A DNA stretch of 64,000 nt from Phyllobates terribilis. Taxonomy: Eukaryota. Below are positions 11,773-24,378 of this stretch, in pieces; position 1 is the stretch's first letter; each line of letters starts with the position of its first letter. The stretch covers positions 1 through 64,000 of the forward strand of contig NW_027366852.1 of the NCBI RefSeq assembly GCF_046119375.1, written 5' to 3'. A program made the position numbers and the translations under genes. The notes under the pieces are model-generated. The model did not search any database. It was given only the letters and a program-made list of their open reading frames with translations, and was not told where the DNA came from.

Positions 11773-12529
11773 CAGAGTAATAAAAAGCCTCAAAAGAGCA
11801 GGGCCCGGAACAAATCCCAACCAGATCAGTGATGTTGAGCTGCGCAGTTGATTATGGTCTTGTCCTCTTCTCTACGCTTAAATTTTCAGTCATTTTCACT
11901 TCCAATGAAACAAACCTTGACACAACACTAGACAAGTTCAGTTTCTTCTTGAGCAGTTATTATGTTATTAGAACTGAATATCAATGTATTTTTTCTGTTA
12001 ATTTTGAATGGAAAGTTGGCATTGTTTTCTGCTATTTTCTTTGGCTGCTCTTTTTGGTTTGGGTTGTGCCTTTGTGGGTTCTATGTCAAACCCATGAGCT
12101 CGGTTATCTTCTTGTCAGTCTTGCCGGTGTCTCTTTTGTTTCCAGGGGTGGCGCTGGTGCCCTTTTCTAGTATTTTTATGTTGTTTTTCTTTGCAGTGGT
12201 GGCGTTGTGGCCCTATTGTAGTGTTTTATTTATGCATTAATTTCCTGTTATGACACAAACCTTGACAATAAAGTATACAATCTAACTTTTTGATTGAATT
12301 ATAACCGGGACTGTGGTGGTTCGTCGGATTGTGGTGGTTCGTCTTAGCTTTCCTCAGTCAATTTCCTTTTTTTTGGGTTGCTGAGATCTTTTCACTAGCT
12401 TCTCATCCTGTCAAATATGAATTGATAATCAGAGAATTAGGGACTCTTGCTGAGTTCCTTTGGCATTGGCTATATTCATGTTTTCTATTGCTTTGGACTT
12501 GTAGTAGGTCCTTGTCAATGTTTTCATAA

Positions 12530-15500
12530 ATCTTGCCTATTGGAATTCTCGAAATATTCATAGATCAAACTTTATAACAGAAATTAATTTTCTCCAAAAA
12601 ACTAACCACTTTGATATTCTTTGTATTGCAAAAACAAAAGCGGACTCCATGCCTCCGCAATCCAAAATTAAAAGAATGGGATTTGACTCGCTTTTTTGAT
12701 GTTCGGCGGTCTCCACTAGGGGTGGCCTCTGGATCCTTCACAAGAAAGATTTCAATACAAAAACATTCAAACTTTTATTAGTAATCTGTTATATGCCAAA
12801 GACGAAAGAATTCTACTTATCTTTATTTACGTCCCGTCGAAAGAAGAAGAAAAGGATAATTTTTGGAACAACATAGAAAGAAACATCATCTGTTTGAACC
12901 TCCTATGTATCTTAATTGGTGACTTAAATGATATAATCTCCCCGTAGGATAAATTGGGTGGAGTTGACCCTTCCCTAGAAGGTTCCTTCGACTCAACAAC
13001 TTAATAAATAATTTAGGTCTCATTGACTCAAAATTCTCGGGATTTCCCTTTACATTGCGCAAAAACAATACTCAAAGCAATAACATTCTAGAAAGAATAG
13101 ATCGAGTGCTCATTCATAACTCCTTACACAACATCATTTCAAGTTCAATCACTAAGCACTTCCCATTCACTGCTTCTGATCATTGTCTCATACCAAAAAC
13201 TAGTTTCCAAAGTCTGAAGATACAAAATGAATGGTTCATACATGTTCAAATCTTCAAACAAACTTAAAACCCTTAAACTATATTCAAAGGATTGGGGTAG
13301 AAAAAATACTAATCACAATTTTGAACAACTTAAAAAAACTGAAACCCAATTCGAGGGGTTATATGAAAACCTTCTTCACAACCCTCATAATGTCCGCTAT
13401 AAAACCCTTCTTGAGAATCACTACAGGAAATTTAACCGTCTTCTCTCCTACCAGACCAAGTTATTGAAAAATAAGGCAAAGATTAATTATTTCAATCAGG
13501 CCGACAACAACACTAGCTATTACCACTCTATAGCTAAATCCGCTCATTTCATCAAGCTATTATGAGATTCCAATCTTCTGGCGGTGATTTCCTCTCTTCT
13601 CAAGGTGAAATTTCGAACCGTATCATGAAGGAAATGTTGAAACATTTTACTAATGGGTACCTCCGTCCACCTTCAAATCAAGAATTGAGTATAATCCCGA
13701 CTATCATTTCGGATTTGACAACTTCTGTTTACTTAAGGCCCCAAACATAGAAGAAATAAAGAATGCAGTGTTTGAACAACCACCAGACAAAACACCGGGC
13801 CCAGATAGCTTCCCGATAGACTTCTATAAAAGATTTGACACATTCTTCGACCGTACCTTTTTGAGGTTGTCAAAGAATTTTTCCATTCCAAGAGAATTCT
13901 CTCCCACTGGAACCATGCTTTCATTGTTTTAATACCTAAAATCGAAAATCCTACCAATATCAATCATATTTGCCCCACTAGTCTTTGTAATTCTTCCTAC
14001 AAAATACTATCGAAACTGCTGCTAAACAGAATAGAACCACTTATGACAAAACTCATTTCTAAATTTCAAAGTGCATTAGTAAAAGGAAGACTAATTCATG
14101 ATAACATCCTTGCAGCTCATGAAATATTCCACTCTTTCTAACAACAACTTTAAAACAACAAAATGGATGGTGATTAAAATAGACACGGAAAAAGCTTATG
14201 ATAAACTAGATTGGAATTTCCTCATTTCAGTGCTTCGTGCCTTTTGTTTCTCCCAAGACTGGATCACTATCATTCAACAACTCATATCTACCTCCAGACT
14301 ATTTGTACTTACAAACAATCAGCCAGGCCCTGAATTCTCTCCCACCTGTGGAATCAGACAAGGTGACTCTATTGCCCCATTTCTGTTTATCCTCGCAATG
14401 GACTTTTTTGCTAGATCACTACATCTCCGTTTCTTAGCTTTGCGGACGACACCCTTATCTTTGATGATGCAAATTCCACAAATATAAATTATATAAACTC
14501 ATTCCTCCAGAATTTCTCGAACATTAGTGGTCTAAAAATTAACTATAGCAAAAGCTCTATTCAATTCTCAAAAAATGTGTCAAAATGATCTACTAAAAAC
14601 TTGGCTAGTATAATGAATATCCTTATTACCACCAAACTAGAAAAGTACCTGGGAATCCCTATCGTTAATGGGAGGATCAACAAACAAAATTTTGAGTCTT
14701 ATAAGAACAACTTAACGAAACAATTATCCTGCTGGAAGGTCAACTCCCTTTCTCAAATAGGAAGGGCAGTCCTGATCAAATCTAATTTATCTACTAAAAT
14801 GAACCATGTAATGCAATGCTTTCTGTTACAAAAAAGGCCTCTACGAAGAATTTGATGAAATCCATAAACGATTTTTTGGAATAACTACAACATGAACTTT
14901 CATCCTTTTGTCTCTTGGGACAAGATCTGTAAACCAAAAAGTGAAGGAGGGTTGGATATCTAATTGTCCTTTGAACACAACAAAGCTCTTCAAATGAAAC
15001 TTTTGTGGCGTATCCTCTCGAATCCTGACTCCTTATGGTGCTCGATTATTTATGAAAAATACATTAAAACTAACCGGCTTGAGGATATTCAGAAATCTCA
15101 CAAATTTTCTTGGCAATTCAGTAGACTCCTATCAATCTAATCGGAATTTTTTCCAATGTTCTGTAGTCTGCTGGAGATGGTCTTCGCATCTCTTTCTGGA
15201 ATGACCACTGGATTCCCCACATTGACATCAAGGAACACTTTACTCCTGCCCTAGCTCATATCAAATAGTTGGTTTCATTAATAACTCTAGATAGTGGGAC
15301 ATTGTGTCTCTCAGACATTTTCTTCCTGAAAATATTGTATCAAGTATTGCAAAAATTTATACCCCTTACACTCCGGTTGCTAACTCAGTAATCTGGTATC
15401 CCAATCAATCAGGAATATTCTCCTCAAAATTAGCTTTCAACTCAGTACGCATGCGCACTAACATAAATTTCGATGATATATTGTGGCAACCGGATATTCC

Positions 15501-16424
15501 ACCAAAATAAAACCGTTCCTCTGGAAAGCTTTTTCGGATAACCTCCCAACTACTTACCATCTTAACCATTTTTTCCATAAGGTACCTTACACCTGCCCGT
15601 TATGCAACCAAACAAACGAAAACACTACCCACCTATTTTTCCAGTGCAATTTCACAATCACCACATTCAATATCTTAGCAGATCAACTTGGAACTCATTA
15701 TACTATCCCAACTGAAAACGACTTTCTTCAGGCACTATATATCTTTCAGACGACTAATACGAATTGTAATGTTTCACTCTTCTTGTGGTGTAACATCTGG
15801 TTTTCCTGTAACAACTTTGTGTTTCGCAATGAAGAGTGTAAATATCTGACAACCCATGAAAAAATAAAAGCGAGAGCACTCTCTCAGTTGAAAATGTGGA
15901 CGCCTAGAAAACAAAACACGAGTAAAAACAGAGTAGTACGAACTTGTGCATCCTCCCAGCCTAGGTCTGATGGATCTTCCCGTGGTAAGGGATGGTCCCC
16001 CCCTCCTATTGATTGGATTAAGCTCAACTTTGATGGAGCATTTTTCTCTTCCGGCAGCACTATTGGATACATCATTAGAAATCCACAGGGAAACATCATC
16101 TCTGCTCACCAAAATAATATTAATGTTTCGTCCCCTCTCCAAGCTGAAGCCCTTGCTGCCCTGGCTGGCGTAAGGGAGGCCCAAGTCTTGGGGTTTCAGA
16201 AGGTTGTTGTTGAAGGAGATAACGCTACAGTCATTCAATCCTTGCACCGAACATGGAAGGTCCCTTGGAATATCACTCATATAGTCAAAGACATTAAAGA
16301 GAACCTTTTGAGTTTTCGGGAGTTTAAGATCTCCCTCATCTACAGAGAAGTCAATGCAGCTGCAAACTTCATAGCCAAAAGTTCTTGGAATGATGAAGAT
16401 ATCAATGTAATCATAAAGTTATAG
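12530..16424 (+). pseudogene. LINE ORF2 (APE endonuclease, reverse transcriptase, zf-RVT, RNase H), fragmented
   Basis: WNSR, GDLN, LERIDRVL, ASDH; PGPDS, DTEKAYDKLDW, GIRQGDS, frameshifted FADD; CPLCNQTNENTTHLFFQC; WSPPPIDWIKLNFDGA, EGDN, REVNAAA. Confidence 0.9.
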
Positions 16425-16539
16425 AAAAGTAGATTTGATTCTACTAGATTCCTGACATTACACTTAAAGCTGAGAAGGGTGCTGGATTTTGTTAAGATCA
16501 TCCGTTTTGATGATTTAAGAATTCCGGTTTAGGAAGTCC

Positions 16540-16867
16540 TTTGTATCATTTGTTAAACATATATATAGATTGATCCGGAAATTGGGTGATCCAAACTCGA
16601 TCCGGATAGTTAGTTTTACATGTATTTTGTGATCATCGCTACCATAAAGGTTATTACATATTTTATATAAAAATGATATAATATTACTATTTTATTATTG
16701 AAAATTTATTTTTCCTTGAAAAAAGTTTTAAAATCATTAAAAAGAACAATCTTGATCAGTATTGTCAACCCGAGTCCGACACGACCTAAAGTTTTATCGA
16801 CCCAGTTGACCTGAATCTGGACAACTGGAACTCGAAGCTGACCCACTCGATCAATTTGCTACGTCTA
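16540..16867. mobile_element. hAT-like MITE remnant (one recognisable end)
   Basis: Clustered ACCCGA/GACCC-like subterminal motifs ending in TTTGCTACGTCTA, similar to hAT termini. The other end was not found. Confidence 0.4.
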
Positions 16868-16883
16868 GAACCAAAATTAAACA

Positions 16884-18114
16884 TGATAAAATGAAAAGTA
16901 ATAAAGATCAACTATGAGAATTTTATACAACATTGAAGACCAAGTTTAGAGGATCAAGAAATTCAAGGACCAAAGAAATGAAGATTTAAAGACCGGAGAG
17001 ATTAGAAGACCAAGATCAACAAGAATTGAAGACGAAGTTGTTGATTTGCTGAAGATGTGGGTAGCGCCTGTGGCCACCTAGGAGCACCCGCTGCCCTGAA
17101 GAGTTGACAATAATAAAGTCATATTAAAGGCAATGACCACTTGCTCTAATAGCAGCACTCACCACCCAAGTTGAATCCCATTTCGATATATTCTGAACTT
17201 GTATTCTATCTTTATTTGTTTTAATTGTTTCAATTAGTTTTGTTTTATATTTTTAACAGTTAATTAATTTAGGATTTTTAGGTTACTTCGAGTTGGAGAA
17301 AACATTATTGAGAACATCTTTCTCTGGCTCCTCTCTAGACCTAGTTGCATTTGAGATTTCCATGAAGAATTAATCCTACTTTGTTTAGTTAGGCTAGTGA
17401 AGCTTTCATTTAATTGAGTTGTGAGATTCTTATTCTTTATCTATTCCTTGGATTTTATCTTCTCTTGTGCTAATTAAATATGATTGATTGTTATAGTTTC
17501 TAGTTTGATGAACTAGTTATTGTCGCTTATCCATCTATTGCTAGGTTTAATTCTTGTTGGTTGAGCATATCTATTCTGTAGTGGCGATTGCATCTTACTA
17601 GTATATGGTTGTCCTAGTCTATTCTAGAAGAGAATCGATTTATAAACTAACAAACTATCTAGTTGTTTTATGCTAGTTTATATCCTACTAAATTCCCACG
17701 CTTAATGTTGCTATTGAACTGAATCAGTGATAGTTTCATGGTTATTTAGTTATCTAGTTTTAATAGTATCCGGTTGTGCTATTAGTTAATATAGAACAAG
17801 AATAGGAACTTCCACTGCATGAAAGATATAGAATAATTATCTAAGATCGACTTTCCATTTAAAAGCGGATACTCATCTAGCTAAGTCACCTCTAATCATA
17901 AGACATTCTTAATCCTTCGTTTTTAGTTAATTGTATGTCAGATAGAAACAAACGAACAAAAACCTCTTGTTACTTTGACTGACACAATTGCATTGCACAA
18001 GATATCTTTACCTTCTTCCGGATCTCGACCCTTACTTCCTAGGATTTCTTGTTAATTGTTTTAGTTCGTTAGGACATTTGCATAACGTGAATGACTAGCG
18101 ACGCTTTTCAAACA
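16884..18114 (+). mobile_element. Degenerate gypsy (Athila-like) LTR or solo-LTR remnant
   Basis: LTR-like layout (purine-rich U3, AT-rich U5, GATCTCGACCCTTACTTCC near the end, terminal ...AAACA) next to Athila gag remnants. Boundaries approximate. Confidence 0.5.
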
Positions 18115-18149
18115 TTATAAGATTATATCGTGTTTATATTAGAAAGTGG

Positions 18150-18662
18150 TCGCTCACCTTCACCTTCTTCTTGCTTCCGAGCTCATGCTCGTTCTTTTTT
18201 ATGCATGTATGTTTCAAGAATTTGGCATACTGAGGCATAGATTTGAGTAGATTAAATAGAGGGACGTTTACCTCGACGTCTCGGAACATCTCAATTATGT
18301 CCTTCTCTTGCACCAGTGGTTTGGTGCGCTTTAGTGAAGACGATAATAGTGCAACGGGTTTATACTCGGCCAGATTGCTCCTAAGCCTGAAAAGTTATTA
18401 TATAAACTGCTCCTAAGCCTGAAAAGTTATTGTAAGGCCAATCTGGAATGAGTATAAACTCGTCACACCATTCCCGTCTACACTAAAAAGTGCACCAAAC
18501 CACTGGATCAAGAGAAGGACATAGTTGAGATGTTTCGAGGTGTCGAGGAAAACGTCCCTCTCTCTAATCTACTCAAATTTATGCTCTGACATGCCAAATT
18601 GTTGAAACATAAACAAAGAAGGAGCATGAGCTCGGAAGCAAGAATAAGGTGAAGGTGAGCGA
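18150..18662. repeat. Inverted repeat, arms of about 225 bp (18150-18377 and 18439-18662), 61-bp loop
   Basis: TCGCTCACCTTCACCTT...GTTTATACTCGGCCAGATTG is the imperfect reverse complement of CAATCTGGAATGAGTATAAAC...AAGGTGAAGGTGAGCGA. The loop and the start of the right arm hold two copies of CTCCTAAGCCTGAAAAGTTATT. Confidence 0.88.
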
Positions 18663-20080
18663 GCAGAATTCTACTATCTTTCAGAAACAATTATCGAAGA
18701 AGTGCTAATAACCGGGTTTCTTCTCCTTCTTATTATTATAGGAAATATTATGTTCGATAAAGCCATGCTTAATTTGAGTGCTTCGATTAATGTGATACTG
18801 TCTTATTTGTATGAATCGTTGAAGCTAAGACTTGTGTATAACACTAATATAGTTATTCAATTAGCTATTAGGTAATGTGTGTCCTTTAGGGATGCTTGAT
18901 GATGTTCTAGTTAGGGTCGGTGATATTACCCTAACTCCTAATTTCTTCGTGCTACAAATGGAACATGATATGAATGCATCCACCATTTTGTTAAGGGGAG
19001 CTTTTGTAAAAAACACAAATTCTAAGGTAGATGTTATCACATGCTCTTTTTTTTAATATAAGAAAAAATTAGATGGCCTAAAAGGGCAGACAACCTAGAG
19101 CATCCTTTCGGATGAGAGCAACGAGCTCTAGGTCGTCCTTCTACCTCGAACCCCCACCCGGAAGTTCCAGCTTGGCCACTCGATCAACCACCTGGTTATC
19201 ATCCCTGAATACATGAGAGAAACGAAAAGCAGGATAAATCATCAAATTCAAACAAATGTCATTAACAGATTGATTAATCTCTCAAGGGCAGCGCCAAATG
19301 CCATTCAGAACGTTTATAAGGCATAAGTTGTCTCCCTCAATTTTCACAATAGACAAATTCAGTTCTTTAACACGCTTTGAAGCAAGCCGAACAGCTAAAG
19401 CTTCAACTTGCAAAACCGAAAGGTTAACCCCGGATTCTTTTTCCATTTAAATGATCGCCCCAGTATAATCTCTCATAACATATCCCCATCCCGCATTCCC
19501 ATTCTTGTCAACTGCCCCATCAAAATTAATTTTAATAATATCTCTATTTGGCTTACGCCACTTACCTTTCTTATTTCTTCCTTTCTTGTATTTCCTCTTA
19601 TTTCCGGAACTAGAAAACAGCCTTTCAGTCCCATCCTTGTTTACTAATTTAGTTTTCTTCCAATTTAGTCTCAAAATGTTGATGAATTCTTTTAGATTTT
19701 TAATTTTTGTATCATCAGTGGAAAATGCGTTGATTTCTAAACATCCAAACAACCCACCATACCGTCGCAAGGGTCACCCCTTGCTCCACATAAAGTTTCC
19801 CAAAAATATTTCCTATGATTTCTTTGAGTGATAGATTTGTCATTTATATATCCCGAATTTCCCGTAAGATCGATTTATCTTGGTAAAAAATATGCAATTT
19901 TGTGAATGGGCATTCAAAGAACAAATGGACGGCATCTTCCGAGGAATGCTTACAATTTACACAATTTCATGGTAATATTATATTTTTTTTCAACAAATTC
20001 CTTTTAGTAGGAAGGCCTTTATCACAGCCTCTTTGACAATGGAGTTTGATGGCCAAACGATGAATTATGATATCTATTAT
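18470..20080 (+). pseudogene. Old Athila-type gag/aspartic protease remnant, split by a LINE
   Basis: KAMLNLSASINVI, VLVRVGD...FFVL.ME, PILL and KVDV upstream of the LINE. Resumes as SLTMEFDGQ at about 20028. Confidence 0.7.
19050..20018 (-). mobile_element. 5'-truncated LINE (RNase H end) with poly(A) and degenerate TSD
   Basis: WRKPNRDIIKINFDGAVDKNGNAGWGYVMRD, and SHVFRDDNQVVDRVAK further on. T-tract at 19046-19054. TSD TTATCACATGCTCTTT (19034-19049) versus TTATCACAGCCTCTTT (20019-20034). Confidence 0.82.
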
Positions 20081-20869
20081 CAGTAGATGCATATGTTTTA
20101 TGATTAAATGTACTTGAACAATTAGTATATAATCTTCCTAGTCATATTTGTATCATTTACTATATATGTGTAAGGTTTTCTTACTATTTGTGCATGTAAA
20201 TTTTAATATATGTGAAATTTTGAGATGTTGTCCTTAGAAAAGTAATGCAAAATTTCTATAGTTTTGTTGCACTTACACATTTCAAATCATTGCACATTTT
20301 AAGCAAAAAATTTTACACATTTAAGAACAAGGTAGAAATTGTGTTTAAAAAATACATACAATATGTGCAATTTCTAGCACATTCAAGTATAAAACGCTCA
20401 AAATAAAAAATGTTGCAATACATGTCGTGGGAATGAAAAAAATCCACCCGAAAAATATTTTTTTGGGTAAAATAAAAAATGTGTATTCAAAGTCAACATT
20501 GATCAATTGCGGTCAACACCTGGTCAACGTCGGTCAACGAACGATCAATGATCTGATCAATATTGTTGACTTAGTCGACCCATGTAGAAAATGCGATTTA
20601 ATCATATCCCTTTAAGAAAACCCAAAGCCTAGGATTCTCTCATTTCTCACAGCATTATTTGTTTCTCACATGAAACTTTTCCTAACCGTAAATGTGGTTT
20701 TGATATTTTCCAAAATTCATGGTTTCAGATGAAAAACATATATGTTCATGTTTAATTTTATGCCTTTTCAGTTCGCCAAAGTTGCTACATGTTGTTGTTG
20801 GTGCTAGTGTTGGTACTTTTATTGAATGTTGTTGTTGGTACTTTTATGTGTAAATATATATTCAGGAAA

Positions 20870-21930
20870 AAATGCTTAAATTTTTGAAATTATAAAAATG
20901 TTTAAATTACCCTTAATAATACCCATCTAAATTAATCCCTTCTTCCTCCACCCTTTCTCATTGTGTTCTTGACAGATCAAAACTAGACCCTGACGATCAC
21001 CTTCAACACCAGCAAAGGGCTGAGGCCACATGAGAAGAGTCAACATTGACGATTAAATCCAAATCTGGCCTTCTTCAACCATCTTCTTCTCCATGAGTGA
21101 GTCCGAATCTGGCCTGCTCTTCTCCATCAGTGGCGTCGACTATTAAATCCAGAGACAATGTCGATGATTACATCTAGATCTAGCCTGCTCATATCCAGTC
21201 CGAATCTGATCGGTGATGGTCGGAGTGTCCGAATCTGATCAAGGATGTGAGGAAGATGGTCGGGGGTTTGAAAATGGGGCATGCCATTGCCACTCGGATG
21301 TGAGGACGACGGTGGTTGGTGTTGGTGAAGACGAAGAAACTCCTTGGAGGTGAGGACAATGGAAATATTTGGAGGTTAGGATCACAATGGTGGTGCGTAA
21401 ATACATGTTCCGTAAACAATGCTTACATTTTTTAAAAGTATAACAAAATATCCAAATTACCCTTAATAATGCCCATCTAAACCTATCCCCTTCTTGCTCC
21501 ACCCCCTTCTCGTTGTCTTCCTGGCAGATTAAATCCAGACCACCGACAAGCACCTTTAACACCGAGAATTCACCAGTGTTAAAGGTGAATTTAACCTCCT
21601 CCTTCTCCATTGGTGAGTCCGAATCTCGCTTGCTCTTCTCCATCAGTGACGTAGATGATTAAATTCATATCTAGCTTGCTTAGATCCAGTCTGAATCTGG
21701 TCAGGGAGTCTGAATCTCATCGAGAATGTGGAAGACGACCGGGGTTTCAAAATAGGACACATCATTGCAAATCGGAGATGAGGATGATGGTGGTGATGTT
21801 GGTGAAGACGACGAAACTCTCCAGAGGTGAGAATACATGGTTGAAGATGAAGAGGGTGGGGAAGAACATAACCATCGGGGAGAGAGAATTGTGAGATTAG
21901 GTGGAAATGTGGGGAATTTCTGCAAATAAG
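20870..21930 (+). repeat. Two degenerate tandem units of about 550 bp, probably interior of a non-autonomous DNA transposon
   Basis: AAATTACCCTTAATAAT.CCCATCTAAA at about 20905 and 21455. GTGAGTCCGAATCT..C.TGCTCTTCTCCATCAGTG at about 21098 and 21613. Confidence 0.65.
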
Positions 21931-21937
21931 TACTTTC

Positions 21938-22315
21938 TGTTATGTATTATTAAAATTACCTAATGCAATTATTTGGCTTGCAAGAAGTAGATTAAAACAT
22001 TTAGAAGATCATGTTCAAAGTTTGAAAATGAAGATGTATAATTAAGGTAAATAGTGTGTGAATTATTCACCTTCTTAACTCTTCTTCACTTTACATTTAA
22101 GATGATGTAAATTAGTCAATAATTAGGTGATCTTCTCCATTGAAATTTTCACACACAAAAACAAGAGCAAGAATACCTCTTTAAGATTCTTGATCTCTCT
22201 TCCTCTTTCTTAATCCTTAAAAGTTATTTTTGGTCTCTTTATCAAGATTAATTCATCTTGTCTTAATCATTACAAAATCAAGATTAAGGCACTTTGTCTT
22301 AGTCATTTCACAACA
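21938..22315 (+). repeat. 5' LTR of the Bianca element (TATA segment missing)
   Basis: Direct repeat of 28131-28530, lacking TAGCCTATAAATAGAGGCATTCT. Confidence 0.92.
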
Positions 22316-22316
22316 T

Positions 22317-22329
22317 GTTATTAGCACGA
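22317..22329 (+). promoter_or_regulatory. Primer-binding site complementary to the anticodon arm of tRNA-Ile(AAU) (half-tRNA priming)
   Basis: GTTATTAGCACGA directly follows the LTR. Its reverse complement TCGTGCTAATAAC matches the plant tRNA-Ile(AAU) anticodon arm as recalled from memory. Confidence 0.75.
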
Positions 22330-23163
22330 TGAGTCTCTAATCACCACTTATCAAGAATCATCAAGGTATAAAACTCTACTCCTTTATTAATACAACCATA
22401 ATTATACAAGAGCTATTACAAAATCGATTTGAGAAGTATGCTCTATAGTTGCTCACATACGAGATCTTCTACATTAGAAACTCGATTTTCTTCTTAGATC
22501 TAAAATGACTTTACCAAAAATAGAAACATATTGTTAGATCTATAACAATTACAAACAAGATTCTAGATTTACTTCCCTCTTTTGGCTTCTCATCTTAAGC
22601 TCTCCTCAAATTCTTCCTTGATCTTAAAATGGAGTTTTTGAAACCAAAATGATGAGTATGGTAGTGATAATCAGGATTATAACAAGACAAATGAAAAGCT
22701 CGACTAAAAATCAATTATTATTATTATCTCTAAACCAATTAAAAATCTCATCGGAATCCATGGAAATGTTTTTTAAAAAAATGGAAGGGGGGATGAAAAT
22801 GGAGTTGAGCAGGAAGAAGATAAGGACAGATGAAATGTGGATAGGGGCGTAAATTTAAAGGGGTAAAAGGGAATAGTCGATATCAAAGTTTCTCGCCATA
22901 AGTATATTTGCATAACTTCCTTGCATTATCCTTATACTGTATGACTACTATTCTTCTCACCTCTCTTTGATTACATGTTATACATATCAAAATGTTAAAA
23001 TTAATCACATGGTAGATTTGTAGCTTATATACCTAGAGTGACATGAAAGGGTATTATAACATGACCTTGTCAATTATTTTTCTGGCCATATGATGAATTA
23101 ATCACCACATATATAGTATTCACAATACTAATTAATATTCTTTGATTTCATAATTTGTAGAAA

Positions 23164-24208
23164 ATGGCAAAAATCACGCAATGAGAATTTGAAATTCTTG
23201 ACTTGGCTGGTCAAAGGCACCTAAGTTACATGGACTTGAGCAAACCATTGTGAATAAAAATAAAACTACACCACAAGAAAAGGCTAAAGCTCTTGTATTT
23301 CTCCACCACCACATATATGAAAGTCTTAAGACTGAATATTTGTTTCATGAGGATCCCTTGCAATTGTGGGAGAATTTAAAAGAATGATATGGACATCAAA
23401 AGGATGTCCTACTCCCACAAGCAAGACATTAGTGGAGCAATTTAAGGTTTCAGGACTTTAAATCTATAGGTGAATATAGTAGTGCTATGTATAAAATCAC
23501 TACTATGTTGAGACTATGTGGTGAACAAAAAACCCAAGAAGAAATATTGGAGAAAACATATTCCACCATGAGTCTGTATAACATGTTGCTACAAGAACAA
23601 TATAGACAACAAAATTTTGAAACATACTCTGACTTGTTAAGAGTATTGTTGGTGGCTGAAAAGAATAATGAGCTATTGATGGTAAATCATAATATGAGGC
23701 CTACTGGCTCAATGGCTCCTCCAGAGGCTAACACTGTTGACAACGAGATTCCAATATGGGAATGCCAACACATATGGTCAACAACAACGACACAGATGTG
23801 GTCGTGATCGTGACGTAGTGGTCTTGGTGGATAAGGTGGTTGTGGCGGTCGTGGAGGCCATGGTGGTCGTGGTGGTCATGGAGGTCATGGTGTTCATGGT
23901 CAAGGTCACTATAAATACCACAATTACCACAACTTTATGGGGATTGGTAAGCAAAAGGTCCAGATGGGTCATAAAGGACCCTCCCATAAGGAAAATCTAC
24001 TTGCCATAAATGTGGCACGACTAGTCATTGGGTTAGATAATGTAATGTGGCTCCACATCTGGTAAAATTGTACCAAGATGAAAAGAAAAAGGGAAAGTCA
24101 ATGAAGACCAACTTCATTGAAAGTGCGGGTGTAAGTAATACACACCTGGCCAGCCAAGATGATGGTCAATTTCTCGACTTTGAGCATATTGATGATTTTG
24201 TCGTGTGA
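23164..24208 (+). pseudogene. Bianca gag (stops and frameshifts)
   Basis: MAKITQ*EFEILDL..., FQDFKSIGEYSSAMYKIT...EEILEKTYST...VLLVAEKNNELLM, Gly/Arg/His-rich tract, CCHC knuckle CHKCGTTSHW, stop at 24206-24208. Confidence 0.85.
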
Positions 24209-24378
24209 AATATTAAAATATCTATGTAATTTCAAAAAAAAAAATCTTCACACTGTATTTTTTTTTTCACTTATGTATTTTTCTTCAAGCTTTGTATTAT
24301 TGGTGATTGATGTGTAATATATATGAAGTTCTTTCTTATTACTACTTGACAACTCTTTCTATATCTATCTTAGAAAGG

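Larger units (their letters stand above)
10130..16430 (+). mobile_element. Near full-length decayed L1-clade LINE retrotransposon (ends approximate)
   Basis: ORF1, endonuclease, RT, zinc finger and RNase H remnants occur in the expected order. Many stops and frameshifts. No clear poly(A) or TSD found. Confidence 0.9.
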
